Below, in pieces: positions 31,730 to 42,377 of a stretch of 64,000 nucleotides of DNA (position 1 is its first letter; each line of letters begins with the position of its first letter). The translations under genes and the position numbers were made by a program. The notes below the pieces were generated by a model. It did no database searches. It saw nothing but the letters and a program-made list of their open reading frames with translations, and was not told the DNA's origin. The stretch comes from Thermodesulfobacteriota bacterium (GTDB lineage: Bacteria > Desulfobacterota > Desulfobacteria > Desulfobacterales > C00003060), in contig JAXHVD010000006.1 of the NCBI GenBank assembly GCA_034189385.1, positions 64,001 through 128,000 on the forward strand, in the 5' to 3' direction.

Positions 31730-31911
31730 GGTCTAGACCTAGTCCTTGGTGAGCTTTCACAACCGTTGTGGCATTGAAAAGACAGGGGCAACCGCCAGAT
31801 CATCTATGGGTTTTTCCTTTACAAATCCTCTCTGATATAGTTGATATCAAGCAACCTGGCAAGGTTTTGTGGAAGCCAGGCTTATTGCCCATGAACCGAT
31901 GGCCTATACAA

Positions 31912-32685
31912 ATGAGACACATTACAAATCTCACCGTCTTTCTGTTTCTGACTCTCATCGCACCAGCCCTGGCCCTCGGGGCAGAGGAATTCCCCAAGCC
32001 AAAGGGCCTCGTCAACGACTTTGCCAATGTCCTCTCCGCCGATGTCGAACAGCGGCTCCTTGGGATTACCGGAGAGCTTCTGAAAAAGACCCAGGTGCCT
32101 ATCATCGTTGTGACCATGCCGGAGATCGGCGGTGAAGATTACAACGAATATGCCAACCGCCTTTATGAGGCATGGGGAATCGGGAAAAAAGGAGAGGATC
32201 AAGGCGTCCTTCTGTTTGTCACCATCAAAGAGCGGAAGATGCGCATCGAAATCGGCTACGGCCTAGAAGGGCTCATCCCCGATGGCCTGGCCGGCCAGAT
32301 CCGCGACCAGTATATGATCCCCTATTTGAGGCAAAACCAATTCGGCAAAGGGCTCTTAAACGGCACCCTTGCCATTGCCCAAATCATTGCCAAGGATGAA
32401 GGTGTACGCCTCACAGGCCAAGCTGCCGTGAGGCCGCCTCCTGAAAGAGGCTTCAGTTTTAAAAAAGTCTTTCTTCTGTTCGTCTTTCTTGGGCTTCTCT
32501 TATCCATGGGACGGAGACGAGGCGGAATCTGGCCCCTCTTGTTGCTCATGGGCATGGGCCGGGGCGGCTATTCCGGAGGATATGGCCGGGGCGGTTTTGG
32601 CGGGAGCTTTGGCAGCTTTGGTGGTGGTTTTGGCGGTTTTGGCGGCGGCATGAGCGGGGGCGGCGGCGCTGGCGGGGGGTTTTGA
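31912..32685 (+). CDS. TPM domain (YgcG-like) membrane protein
   Basis: VNDFANVL, WGIG..G.D.GVL and RIEIGYGLEG motifs; TM helix; Gly-rich tail. Confidence 0.9.
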   Translation: MRHITNLTVFLFLTLIAPALALGAEEFPKPKGLVNDFANVLSADVEQRLLGITGELLKKTQVPIIVVTMPEIGGEDYNEYANRLYEAWGIGKKGEDQGVLLFVTIKERKMRIEIGYGLEGLIPDGLAGQIRDQYMIPYLRQNQFGKGLLNGTLAIAQIIAKDEGVRLTGQAAVRPPPERGFSFKKVFLLFVFLGLLLSMGRRRGGIWPLLLLMGMGRGGYSGGYGRGGFGGSFGSFGGGFGGFGGGMSGGGGAGGGF

Positions 32686-32789
32686 GATGAGTTGTGAAGT
32701 TGAGAGTTCAGCGTTCCGAGTTCAAAGACTCCGGCCGAAAGGGAAGACCCTAACAGGGAATCCGGAACAATCTTCCAGGAGCGAATATC

Positions 32790-33524
32790 ATGTCCAAGAT
32801 ACCCAAAGAACCTCGTGAGGTTTTTTCCGACATCACTAGCGATTACAAGGCACTCTTTGCTGATGATCTGGTTTCCATTATACTTTACGGCAGTGCGGCC
32901 AGCGGAGAGTACATGGCCGGCAAGTCAGATATCAACTTCATGATAGTGCTTTCTGATAATGGCATCGATTCTCTTGAACGGACCTTTGAAGTGATCAAGA
33001 AATGGAAGAAACGAAAAGTGGCAACGCCCCTATTTCTAACGGAAGACTATATTCGCACATCACTCGATGCCTTTCCCATCGAGTACCTAAATTTTCAGAA
33101 CTGCCACCAGCTGGTATACGGCAAAGATATCTTAAAAGATCTCACCTTTGACCGCGATTATGTAAGGCTTCAGTGTGAAAGGGATATCAAGGGGAAACTC
33201 TTACTTCTAAGGGAGGCCTTTCTGGAAACTGGAGGCAAGGGAAAAGACCTTCAGGAACTGGTTGCACATTCTGTTCATGCCTTTGTTGCCGTCTTTAATG
33301 GGCTCCTTTACCTGAAAGGAAAAGAGGTTCCTCGCCGTAAACGGGACGCCGTGGCACAGGTCTGTGACACCTTTGACCTGGAAAAGGCCCTATTTGAAAA
33401 GCTTCTCGACATTAGGGAAAAGAAGATCACGCTATCGGCTACAGAGATGGCCGGCGTGTTTCAAGCGTACCTGAAACAAGTGAGGAATATGTGGAAACAG
33501 TTGGATAGACTGGACACAGAATAA
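32790..33524 (+). CDS. Nucleotidyltransferase-fold protein
   Basis: LYGSAASGEY..GKSDIN motif; DAFPIE. Confidence 0.75.
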   Translation: MSKIPKEPREVFSDITSDYKALFADDLVSIILYGSAASGEYMAGKSDINFMIVLSDNGIDSLERTFEVIKKWKKRKVATPLFLTEDYIRTSLDAFPIEYLNFQNCHQLVYGKDILKDLTFDRDYVRLQCERDIKGKLLLLREAFLETGGKGKDLQELVAHSVHAFVAVFNGLLYLKGKEVPRRKRDAVAQVCDTFDLEKALFEKLLDIREKKITLSATEMAGVFQAYLKQVRNMWKQLDRLDTE

Positions 33525-33575
33525 GGGCTTCTCACAATTGCCCTAAAATGATGTTTTTTCAAGGGAGGTAGTTCA

Positions 33576-34151
33576 ATGACAGGAGGACAAAAAACTGCGC
33601 TCATCGTCATAGGGGTTATCGTACTTCTTGTGCTCATTCCCTTTTCCTATCTGAAGGGGACCTACAATAGCCTCGTCAGTATGGACGAGGGGATCAAAGG
33701 GGCCTGGGCCCAGGTGGAAAACCAGCTTCAGCGCCGCTACGACTTGATCCCCAATCTTGTGGAGACCGTGAAGGGATACGCCAAGCACGAAAAAGAAGTG
33801 CTAATGGGTGTCACTCAGGCTCGTTCCAAGGTTGCCGGCGCAGGGAACATTAACGAAAAGATTGCGGCAAACAATCAACTCTCCTCAGCCCTGGCCCGCC
33901 TTTTAGTAGTCGTGGAGCGGTATCCTGATCTAAAAGCCAATACGAATTTCATTCGCCTTCAAGACGAATTGGCAGGAACAGAGAACAGGATTGCCGTAGA
34001 ACGTCGCCGTTTCAATGAGGCAGTGAAGGCCTTTAACGCCAGGATCAGGACCTTTCCCACGAACCTGATTGCCGGGATGTTTAGTTTTGAAAAGGGCACC
34101 TACTTCGAAGTACCTGAAGAAAAACAAGAGGCCCCTAAAGTAAAGTTTTAG
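33576..34151 (+). CDS. lemA: LemA family protein
   Basis: QRRYDLIPNLV, YPDLKA and ENRIAVERRRFN motifs. Confidence 0.95.
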   Translation: MTGGQKTALIVIGVIVLLVLIPFSYLKGTYNSLVSMDEGIKGAWAQVENQLQRRYDLIPNLVETVKGYAKHEKEVLMGVTQARSKVAGAGNINEKIAANNQLSSALARLLVVVERYPDLKANTNFIRLQDELAGTENRIAVERRRFNEAVKAFNARIRTFPTNLIAGMFSFEKGTYFEVPEEKQEAPKVKF

Positions 34152-34152
34152 A

Positions 34153-37100
34153 ATGGAGTATATTGCTGATCTTCATATCCATTCCTACCTTTCAAGGGCA
34201 ACAGCCAAGAACCTGAACCTCGAATATCTGAACTTGTGGGCCCAGCTAAAGGGAATCACTGTGCTTGCCACTGGTGACTTCACCCACCCCCAATGGTTTT
34301 CAGAGCTTTCTGAAAAGCTTGAGCCAAAAGAAGATGGTCTCTTTGCCCTAAGGCCGGCCTTTGCCGCAGAGACGGCCCCCATGGTGCCACCGACCTGTCA
34401 AGGGCCAGTCCGGTTCATGTTGTGTGTGGAGATCAGCAGTATCTATAAGAAGGATGGCAAGACCCGCAAGGTCCACAATCTCATCTTTGCCCCCACCCTT
34501 GAGGCAGCGAAAAAGATCAACCAGAGACTGGAACGGATCGGCAACATTGCCTCTGATGGAAGGCCTATCTTGGGCCTTGATTCCAAGACGCTCCTTGAAA
34601 TCGTCCTTGAGACATCAGAAGATGCCTTTCTCATACCAGCCCACATCTGGACACCATGGTTTTCCGTACTCGGTTCAAAATCAGGTTTTGACTCCATTGA
34701 GGAATGTTTTGAGGACCTCACTTGTCACATCTTTGCCTTAGAGACAGGCCTTTCAGCAGACCCTGCCATGAACTGGCGGCTCTCCGCCTTGGACAGGTTT
34801 ACGCTGGTTTCCAATTCTGACGCCCATTCGCCCGCAAACCTTGGCCGGGAAGCTAACCTATTTGACACAGAACCTTCTTATTTTGCTATCAGAGATGCGC
34901 TGAAGACGGGCGACCCGAAGCGCTTTTTGGGGACATTGGAGTATTTTGCCGAAGAGGGGAAGTATCATTTCGACGGCCACCGAAAATGCAAGCAGAGACT
35001 TTCCCCCCTTGAGACCCTCCAGAATAAAGGACTGTGCCCTGTCTGCGGCAGGCCCGTTACCGTTGGTGTCATGTATCGCGTGGAAGAGTTGGCCGATCGC
35101 AAGCCAGGGGCAAAACCAGCAGGGGCACATCCTTACACGAGCCTCCTTCCTTTGACCGATGTACTATCAGAGGTCCTCCAGGTAGGACCAAAAAGCAAGA
35201 AGGTAACGACAGCCTATGGCGCCCTGGTCGAAAGGCTCGGATCGGAATTTGAGATCCTAAGGAAGACACCTATAGACGCCCTTGAGCGTCATGGCCCGCC
35301 CCTCCTTTCAGAAGCGATTCATCGCATGAGAAACAATCAGGTCACTATTGCCCCAGGATACGACGGGGAGTTCGGAACGGTCTCCCTCTTTACAGACGAC
35401 GAGCGACACCTCCTCCTCGGACAAAAGAGACTGCTAGGAATACCAGCTGGAAGGAGGACTACGTGCCGGGCCCAAAACTCTCAACCGTTCTTGTTTGATC
35501 AAGCAACAGAAGCAGCCAAGAAGGAACCGCTCGTGGCTGAGACAAGAGCCTCTTTCATACAACCAGAAGCAAACGGAGCAATGGAGGGCTCTGGCACCTG
35601 TGAGGGTCTTCTGAAAAACCTGAACGAGGCCCAGCAGGAGGCAGTGCAATATAAAGGAGGCCCCCTGCTGATCGTGGCAGGGCCAGGCACCGGAAAGACC
35701 CGAACGCTGACCCATCGCATAGGTCATCTGCTTCAGGAGGGAATTGCCAAGCCGGAACAGGTACTGGCCGTCACCTTTAGTAATAAGGCCGCCCAAGAAA
35801 TGGCTGAGAGATTGGCAAGGATCGTCCGGGATCAAGAGTCACTGGACAAAACCACCGTTAAGACCTTCCACGCCCTCTGTCTTCACATCATATCTGAAGA
35901 GAGAGATGCCTTGGGAGTTGGGCACCCGATCTGCGTATTGAATGAATTCGACCGCAGAGATCTTGTCAAAATGGCCATGGAGCAGGCAGGAAGGACCCTT
36001 TCGCCTTCGACAGGAAGCCCAGAAAAACTTCTCCATTTCATTTCTTTGGCCAAGCAACGTCTGCTTTCTCCAGAAGATGATCTCAGCGGCACTCTCCCTG
36101 AGGCCCTCCTGGACCAGTTTCCGACCCTCTATAAGGCCTATGAACACCTTCTTCGGACCAGCCATCTTCTCGACTTTGACGACCTTATCTTTCAAACAGT
36201 CAGGCTTTTTGAAACCAATGCATCAGCTTGCAAGCAATACCAAGACCGATTTCGTTTCATATCCATAGACGAATACCAGGATATCAATCATGCTCAATAC
36301 AGACTGATTCGGCTTCTGGCGCGGCCCAGCCATGACATCTGCGTGATCGGAGACCCGAATCAGGCAATCTATGGATTCAGGGGAGCTGACGTACAGTATT
36401 TCCACTGTTTCTGTGCGGATTATCCAGGGGCGAAAACGATTCACTTGAACCAGAACTATCGGTCCACAGAAACCATTCTCCGAGCATCTGGACAGGTCAT
36501 GGGGGCCTGTGGCGGGAAAGGGGATGAAAATGGGGTTTGGTCTGGCATTTACGGAGCCAAGGTCCTCACCGTTGCCCGACTTCCCACAGAAAGGGCCGAG
36601 GCCGAATATATCATTAAGACGATCGATCAGGAGATTGGCGGCATCAGCCATTTCTCCATGGATAGCGGTCGCACCGACCCCGCTCACGGGAAGAGGGAAC
36701 GCAGTTTCTCCGATTTCGCCGTGCTCTTCAGGGTAAAGGATCAGGCAAAGGACCTGAGAAAGGCCTTTGAACGTTCGGGCATGCCCTTTCAGATGGTTGG
36801 AGATGAAAAGCTCGAAGCCCGAAAAGGGATCAGGGAGTTGATTTCTTATCTGAAGGTAGGACTGTCAGTTAGCACCGATTTTGACCTTCAGCGGATCATC
36901 AATTTCCCTCCAAGGGGGATCGGCAGAGGCACTGTTGAGGCACTGACCACATGGTCCCAAACCACAGCAAAGCCCTTTGCAACTGCTCTTGATCACGGGG
37001 CCGAGATCCCCGGCCTGAAACGGCCGGCCAGAGATAGACTCGCGGGCTTTTCAGAAGACCTGAAGAGACTGACAAAGCGCATCCATGGGCAAAAGGTACA

Positions 37101-37617
37101 TGAACAACTTCAACGGATACTAGATCAGTTCAACATCAGAAAGGCCATGTCCAGCGACGAAGGCTTCCAGGAAGACCTGGCAACCCTTTTGGCCATATCT
37201 CGGGCCTTTGAAGATAGGAGTACAGCATTTCTAACCACCCTTTCCCTTGAAAAAGGGCAAGATCTGTACGATCCTGCTGCGGAGAGAGTGACCCTGATGA
37301 CCATGCACGCATCCAAGGGCCTTGAGTTTCCGATCCTCTTTATTGCAGGTTGCGAAGACGGCTTGATCCCTTTTCGGAAAAAGGACAATGAGGGAGATCT
37401 TTCGGAAGAACAAAGACTATTTTATGTCGCCCTTACTCGGGCCCAGGACAAGGTCTTTCTCACCCACACCAACCAGAGGCTATGGTTGGGGAGGAAGAAC
37501 AAGCAGCGCATCTCCCCCTATGTTGAGGCGATACAAGAAGATCTCAAACAATACCGGAGCCCCTTTTCGGGAAGCCCGGCCCAAGGAAAAAGGGATCACC
37601 AGCTAAGCCTTTTTTAG
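34153..37617 (+). CDS. EndoQ-family PHP nuclease fused to UvrD/PcrA helicase
   Basis: DLHIHS, TGDFTHP, PAHIWTPW, SNSDAHS and a zinc-ribbon; then AGPGTGKT, DEYQD, NYRST and TMHASKGLEF. Confidence 0.9.
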   Translation: MEYIADLHIHSYLSRATAKNLNLEYLNLWAQLKGITVLATGDFTHPQWFSELSEKLEPKEDGLFALRPAFAAETAPMVPPTCQGPVRFMLCVEISSIYKKDGKTRKVHNLIFAPTLEAAKKINQRLERIGNIASDGRPILGLDSKTLLEIVLETSEDAFLIPAHIWTPWFSVLGSKSGFDSIEECFEDLTCHIFALETGLSADPAMNWRLSALDRFTLVSNSDAHSPANLGREANLFDTEPSYFAIRDALKTGDPKRFLGTLEYFAEEGKYHFDGHRKCKQRLSPLETLQNKGLCPVCGRPVTVGVMYRVEELADRKPGAKPAGAHPYTSLLPLTDVLSEVLQVGPKSKKVTTAYGALVERLGSEFEILRKTPIDALERHGPPLLSEAIHRMRNNQVTIAPGYDGEFGTVSLFTDDERHLLLGQKRLLGIPAGRRTTCRAQNSQPFLFDQATEAAKKEPLVAETRASFIQPEANGAMEGSGTCEGLLKNLNEAQQEAVQYKGGPLLIVAGPGTGKTRTLTHRIGHLLQEGIAKPEQVLAVTFSNKAAQEMAERLARIVRDQESLDKTTVKTFHALCLHIISEERDALGVGHPICVLNEFDRRDLVKMAMEQAGRTLSPSTGSPEKLLHFISLAKQRLLSPEDDLSGTLPEALLDQFPTLYKAYEHLLRTSHLLDFDDLIFQTVRLFETNASACKQYQDRFRFISIDEYQDINHAQYRLIRLLARPSHDICVIGDPNQAIYGFRGADVQYFHCFCADYPGAKTIHLNQNYRSTETILRASGQVMGACGGKGDENGVWSGIYGAKVLTVARLPTERAEAEYIIKTIDQEIGGISHFSMDSGRTDPAHGKRERSFSDFAVLFRVKDQAKDLRKAFERSGMPFQMVGDEKLEARKGIRELISYLKVGLSVSTDFDLQRIINFPPRGIGRGTVEALTTWSQTTAKPFATALDHGAEIPGLKRPARDRLAGFSEDLKRLTKRIHGQKVHEQLQRILDQFNIRKAMSSDEGFQEDLATLLAISRAFEDRSTAFLTTLSLEKGQDLYDPAAERVTLMTMHASKGLEFPILFIAGCEDGLIPFRKKDNEGDLSEEQRLFYVALTRAQDKVFLTHTNQRLWLGRKNKQRISPYVEAIQEDLKQYRSPFSGSPAQGKRDHQLSLF

Positions 37618-37678
37618 TGATGAAACCTGAAGAGAAAAATCATCTGCGATTCGTTATTTAGCAAATCAGGAAGGGACC

Positions 37679-38071
37679 ATGGAAGAGAAGCTAATAGAGA
37701 TGATAAAACTTGAAAATGGCCTGACTCTTGAGTTCTACGATGCTTCTAGGCCTCTAGCTGGAGACAGATGGATTGTCTCAATGGTGGCTTCCATAGAAGT
37801 GGGCCTCACGCCGGAATACTTCAAAGGCCAAAATTCAGCAGAGATGCTCCTAGAAGATATTGGGGCGGCAATAGGTGATAAAACCGTATACCGCTATGAA
37901 AAGATACGCAATTTCATTCCCGAGACCGAAAAGGACAAGGTGTTCAATGGACTTAAAGAACGCTTCTTGGACGCCAATCTCAGATACCTCTCTAGCCAGG
38001 AGTTCCCCCGGAAGCTGATCCTGAAGAAGTATCAAGAAGCTCATGGACGATCTATAAGATGGAAGGGCTAA
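37679..38071 (+). CDS. Hypothetical protein
   Basis: 130-aa ORF with RBS filling the gap after the helicase gene. Confidence 0.7.
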   Translation: MEEKLIEMIKLENGLTLEFYDASRPLAGDRWIVSMVASIEVGLTPEYFKGQNSAEMLLEDIGAAIGDKTVYRYEKIRNFIPETEKDKVFNGLKERFLDANLRYLSSQEFPRKLILKKYQEAHGRSIRWKG

Positions 38072-38149
38072 CAGGTCTGCGATCCTCTTCCCACCGGCTT
38101 GTGTTTTGACGTGACTGCGGGCAGTGGAGGAAACCAGAAACAGAGCGTT

Positions 38150-38737
38150 TCATGAATCCCCTTCATAGGAGCCGACAATGATCTCCTCTATGGAACGCTT
38201 TGGCACGTGGTGCACGCCTTCCCTATCACGCCAATACTTGATGTCTCCATCAGGTCCCACTCTGTCGACCTGAACCGCTTCTTTCGGCTTCCCCAGGGCT
38301 ACGACAATGAGGATTTCGTAGTGAGGGGGAATCTCTAAGGCCCCGCAAAGTTGCTTTCTCCTCACGGAGCCGACGATACACCCCCCCAAACCCATTTCCG
38401 TGGCGCCCAACAGAATGCTTTGCGCGGCTATGCCGTGATCACATCCGAAGGAGTGACTGACCTCCTTGTCTCCCAAGACGATGATATATGCCGATGGCCT
38501 CTCTCCTTCTGAGGGGCCGGGCCAGTCTTTGAGATAGGCGGCCCATGCAAGGTGAGAGAATATCACCGCGTTCTTTTCAGTACCGCAAGAAAGTATGTAC
38601 TTTAAGGGCTGCAGATTAGCTGCTGATGCAGAGAGTCTAGCCAAGTCCACCAGCTCTCTCAGGGTGGCCATGTCAATGGAAATATCTTCATAAAAACGCC
38701 GATAGCTCCTGTTTCTTAAGACTAACCCTCTCACCAT
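38150..38737 (-). CDS. Nitroreductase family protein
   Basis: RSYRRF, SASAANLQP, GLGGC and ALGKP motifs. Confidence 0.9.
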   Translation of the reverse strand: MVRGLVLRNRSYRRFYEDISIDMATLRELVDLARLSASAANLQPLKYILSCGTEKNAVIFSHLAWAAYLKDWPGPSEGERPSAYIIVLGDKEVSHSFGCDHGIAAQSILLGATEMGLGGCIVGSVRRKQLCGALEIPPHYEILIVVALGKPKEAVQVDRVGPDGDIKYWRDREGVHHVPKRSIEEIIVGSYEGDS

Positions 38738-38768
38738 CTTAGAATCCCCCCTGAAGACCTGCATATAT

Positions 38769-39269
38769 CTATGAGACATCTCCCAGTTCCAGCTCGAATT
38801 TCTGCTCAAGGACCTTGGTTCCCCACTGTGTGCCCTCTCGTTGTTCTGTCAGACGAAACCCGGACTTCTCATAAAGATGGCGCGCTGCATCAAGGCCTTC
38901 AAAGGTCCAAAGATACACTTTTTTGTAGCTTCTGTTCCTGCAAAAAGAGATGGCCTCCTCCATGAGTCTCTTGCCCATATCTTGTCCACGTATCTGCTCG
39001 GAAAGAATGAACCATCTCAGATGTGCCCCCTCTCTAACTGCATGGACCCCGTCAATAGCTATGGACCCCTCAACCCTATGGCTCAGACAGACGGTCCAAA
39101 ATCCGTCACGCCTATTGTCGAAGCGGCAAAGAAAGTCTGACAGTTCTGTGGCAACTTTCGCCTCGAAGAACAGCCCGAAACTCCAGTTTTGGTAGTAATA
39201 GCTTGCGTGCAACTCCACTATTCTACCAATGGCACCTGGAACATAGCCACACAGTTCCCCACGGATCAT
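38769..39269 (-). CDS. GNAT N-acetyltransferase
   Basis: HLRWF...RGQDMGKRL and ARHLYEKSGF motifs. Confidence 0.85.
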   Translation of the reverse strand: MIRGELCGYVPGAIGRIVELHASYYYQNWSFGLFFEAKVATELSDFLCRFDNRRDGFWTVCLSHRVEGSIAIDGVHAVREGAHLRWFILSEQIRGQDMGKRLMEEAISFCRNRSYKKVYLWTFEGLDAARHLYEKSGFRLTEQREGTQWGTKVLEQKFELELGDVS

Positions 39270-39359
39270 CACCCACTCCTGAAAGACATGATACTGGCGT
39301 CCCTTTTTCCAAGGGGCGGCCCATAACCACCCCAAAACGGCCTTGGAAGCGTCGTCAGG

Positions 39360-39860
39360 CTATCCGTCAGTCCTTTTATTGAGGACGTCGATGACGGTCT
39401 TTAACAATAGAAAGAGAAGGCCCGTGTCTTCATCAGTGAGATTGACAGGATCTTCCTCTTCAGGGGCCTCAAAGAGGGTATCCACCACGTACTTGATAAC
39501 ATATGGCTGAGTGCAGATCTGGACACTGGCGATCCTTTCATAAAATTTATCATGGGCCTTCTCCAGGCCCTCCATAAGCCTTTCGTTGGCCTCGTAACAC
39601 GCGATGATCTCCTCAGCGGAAACGCCCTTGAGCCCTTTGCCGTAACCCTTTTCAAACATCCGATAGACGACCAAGAACATATAAATTGCAAGCTCGGCGA
39701 CTTGCTGATTAAGGTCTTTGCTAAATTCCATCACGAAAGAGAGAAGGTCCGGCTGCTTCTTGCCCGCCATCTTCATCTCTTTCCTGGCGCGAGAGGGGCC
39801 AAAAAGAGCAGTCTCTTCCCAGGTTTCTTCAACGAGCTTCTGTGATAAGGACTCCATCAT
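39360..39860 (-). CDS. Hypothetical protein
   Basis: Helical ORF with GGAGAGG RBS, co-oriented with neighbours. Confidence 0.7.
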   Translation of the reverse strand: MMESLSQKLVEETWEETALFGPSRARKEMKMAGKKQPDLLSFVMEFSKDLNQQVAELAIYMFLVVYRMFEKGYGKGLKGVSAEEIIACYEANERLMEGLEKAHDKFYERIASVQICTQPYVIKYVVDTLFEAPEEEDPVNLTDEDTGLLFLLLKTVIDVLNKRTDG

Positions 39861-39932
39861 GCCTCTCCAGAACTCCAATGTCTTGTTCTGCGACGCGATT
39901 GAATGCTGATAATGCTCCTGTTCGTCCCCAGG

Positions 39933-40583
39933 TCATCTTGCTGAAAAATAGATGTCTCCGTAAAACGCAGTCACCTCTCCGTTGCCGTTGTCTGTATCTG
40001 TCATCAACGCAACAGCATCAATGGTTTGAATCTCCTCACCGAATAGCTTTTTGAAATCAGCCACTATGTTACGTTTCTCGAACTGCCATGTAGCTATCTC
40101 ATCTTCTGCTGACCGCAGCGCCATCATCATCGCTTTTTTGCCTGCAAAGACATTGGGCCAAATATGTCCTTTCGGCGAAGTGTTCGCCCAGACGTAATTG
40201 ATGGCCTTAGTCTTCCAGAAGAGCCATCCACCAGAGACCACAACATAGATTCGCGCGGCGTAGTCATCACCTGATTTGCTTTGCTCGTTGAGTTCGCCCA
40301 ACCGGTTTTCAATTCGCCAGCTCCAATTCAAGAAAGGATATTGCCTCAGATCAACACGAGTGTTTTTCACAAGCCCCGAGGCACGGGCGTGGCTGTCCGC
40401 CCGCAGTGCCTGTATCTGGTCAATGGGAGTGAGCATATAACGGGTTTCTCCCATAAATACTCTCGGTTTCCAACCGTCCAAATGGCCTGAAGAGAAGGCA
40501 CCCATCATCATTTGGTCTGCCTCTCCAGCACTGACCAAGGAGCTTAAGACCATACATATCAATAGAAGCGGCTGTTGTTTCAC
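39933..40583 (-). CDS. DUF3047 family exported protein
   Basis: LNWSWRI, GDDYAARIYV, INYVWA and MTDTDN motifs. Confidence 0.85.
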   Translation of the reverse strand: MKQQPLLLICMVLSSLVSAGEADQMMMGAFSSGHLDGWKPRVFMGETRYMLTPIDQIQALRADSHARASGLVKNTRVDLRQYPFLNWSWRIENRLGELNEQSKSGDDYAARIYVVVSGGWLFWKTKAINYVWANTSPKGHIWPNVFAGKKAMMMALRSAEDEIATWQFEKRNIVADFKKLFGEEIQTIDAVALMTDTDNGNGEVTAFYGDIYFSAR

Positions 40584-40666
40584 AGGTCATGCCACAGGGC
40601 TTCTATCCCTCAATCCGGGATCAACGGCAGCGCTTAGCCCATCCTCCACCTTGAGGGTCGGGCCCG

Positions 40667-41002
40667 TTATTCCTTTTCCTTTGGCAAATAGTCCTCTCTT
40701 ACAGGCGAAAACACTTCAATGGCAAGCGAGTCCTCTATAATATGCGCGCCATGTTCAACGCCACCGGGAATACACCAGCTGTCACCTGGCTGCGCCTCAA
40801 AGGTCTCCGTTCCGATGGAGAGACGAATCCGACCTTTCACAAGGTAGCCGGTCTGCTCATGGGGATGGGCATGTTTCGGCAAGGTGCTCCCCTTTTTCAA
40901 TAAGAATTCTGTCATCAGGGTTTTATCCCCGTGCACCAAGGTCTTTTGCTCTATTCCTTCAAGGGCCGAGTTATAGCCGCTTTCGCCGTGTTTGTTGTAC
41001 AT
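40667..41002 (-). CDS. Cupin domain protein
   Basis: HAHPHEQ.GY, PGD...IP..VEH and EVFSPVREDY motifs. Confidence 0.88.
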   Translation of the reverse strand: MYNKHGESGYNSALEGIEQKTLVHGDKTLMTEFLLKKGSTLPKHAHPHEQTGYLVKGRIRLSIGTETFEAQPGDSWCIPGGVEHGAHIIEDSLAIEVFSPVREDYLPKEKE

Positions 41003-41100
41003 GCCTGACTCCTTTAACGACCCCGACGACTCTTTTCTGCATCCGACAGCAGAGACCGGCTCATGGGATACCCCTCCCCTTGAACCGTTTGTTCTAACAC

Positions 41101-41544
41101 TCAGAGGTCCTGATATTCCGACATCACAGGAAAAACCCGCATGACATCGCCCGGAATGGCCCGAGGACGCCCTGTACCACCGTCCACGAAAACCCATTCC
41201 GTCTCACCTTTGGCAAGGACGGTGTTGTCCGTTATTCTCACGAATTTGTACCTCCGCAAAGACCTCACCCGACGGAAGTTGACCACCCAGGTAAAGGCTT
41301 CCACCTGATCGCCGGCAAAGGCGGGGCGCAGGTATTCAACTCTGTGAGAGCGCACCACCCAGGTTCCCCCGGCTGCCTCCATGGCTCGGGTGCCTCCCAC
41401 AATATCTGAATGGAGCAGGGCAACGTCCTGCATCCATTGAACGTACACCACGTTGTTGACATGACCGTTTTGGTCCACCACGTCATCCGGAACGGTAAAC
41501 CCATACCGATAGACGGGCCGGTTCTTATGGTCTATCTTGCTCAT
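41101..41544 (-). CDS. Acyl-CoA thioesterase (4HBT/hotdog)
   Basis: DQNGHVNNVVY and YLRPA motifs. Confidence 0.88.
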   Translation of the reverse strand: MSKIDHKNRPVYRYGFTVPDDVVDQNGHVNNVVYVQWMQDVALLHSDIVGGTRAMEAAGGTWVVRSHRVEYLRPAFAGDQVEAFTWVVNFRRVRSLRRYKFVRITDNTVLAKGETEWVFVDGGTGRPRAIPGDVMRVFPVMSEYQDL

Positions 41545-41658
41545 GGTATGTCAGGCACCATGGACGGCAGGCAACCCACTGAAATAGCCAGCCGCGTCCA
41601 AGTCCTTATGGGGCTTTTCATATGTCGCCAAACACGTGGAGGCCGAACCCACACGACA

Positions 41659-42198
41659 TTACTCGGCAGCCTTCCTCGCCACGAAGCCCTGGGTGTTTAG
41701 GCCTGTCGATGAGGGTGTCCCTGCCTTGCGTGCCAGAAAGGCCGGACCCAGCTTTTCGATATGGCCGTTTATACTGTCAAAGTAGTTGAAATGCTCTTGC
41801 TCTTCGTCGATAACCACCTCAAGAAGCTTCGTGCTGATGCTGTCGCCCTTTTCTTGGCATACCAACAAGAACTGGCTGTAGGCGGCAATGGCATTGTCTT
41901 CTTCTTTTGCGTCGAAAGCGAAAATAGACTCGACCTCCTGTCCTTTTTCAACCTTTCCGGCAAGCTCTGTTGTCGGCTCCCCCCCAAGTTCCTTTATTCT
42001 CTCGGCAAACATTTCCGCATGACGCATCTCGTCGATGGCGATCAGTTTGACCTGGGCCGCCATTTCTCCGTAGTCTGAGTCATCGAGATTGTAGTGGTGG
42101 TTCATATACTGGTGAATGGCCTGCAACTCCATAGCCCGTGCCTTGTTGAGCACTTCAATAACTGCTTGCCTCTTCTCCTCTCTCGTGTCTCTCGTCAT
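41659..42198 (-). CDS. bfr: Bacterioferritin
   Basis: Ferroxidase ligands E..AI.QY, DEMRH, E..AI..Y and DE.EH; heme Met present. Confidence 0.9.
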   Translation of the reverse strand: MTRDTREEKRQAVIEVLNKARAMELQAIHQYMNHHYNLDDSDYGEMAAQVKLIAIDEMRHAEMFAERIKELGGEPTTELAGKVEKGQEVESIFAFDAKEEDNAIAAYSQFLLVCQEKGDSISTKLLEVVIDEEQEHFNYFDSINGHIEKLGPAFLARKAGTPSSTGLNTQGFVARKAAE

Positions 42199-42377
42199 GA
42201 TCTACCTCCTTGGTTTTATTATCTTAACTAACCGCCGGCTTTACCGGCAGCATAGGGACGGCCCCACGGTTACTTAGGGATCTTGGGAATCAGTATGGAC
42301 GAACGGCGCCTTCAATAACCGCCAGATCCTCCTTATGGTGCATCAACAAGGTTCCGGTAATGGCCCCTCTGGAAAAG

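Noticed and set aside
32555..32685. G-rich low-complexity tract
   Set aside because: Normal Gly-rich tail of TPM/YgcG proteins
32686..32725. Degenerate GAGTTCA heptamer run
   Set aside because: Too short and degenerate to interpret
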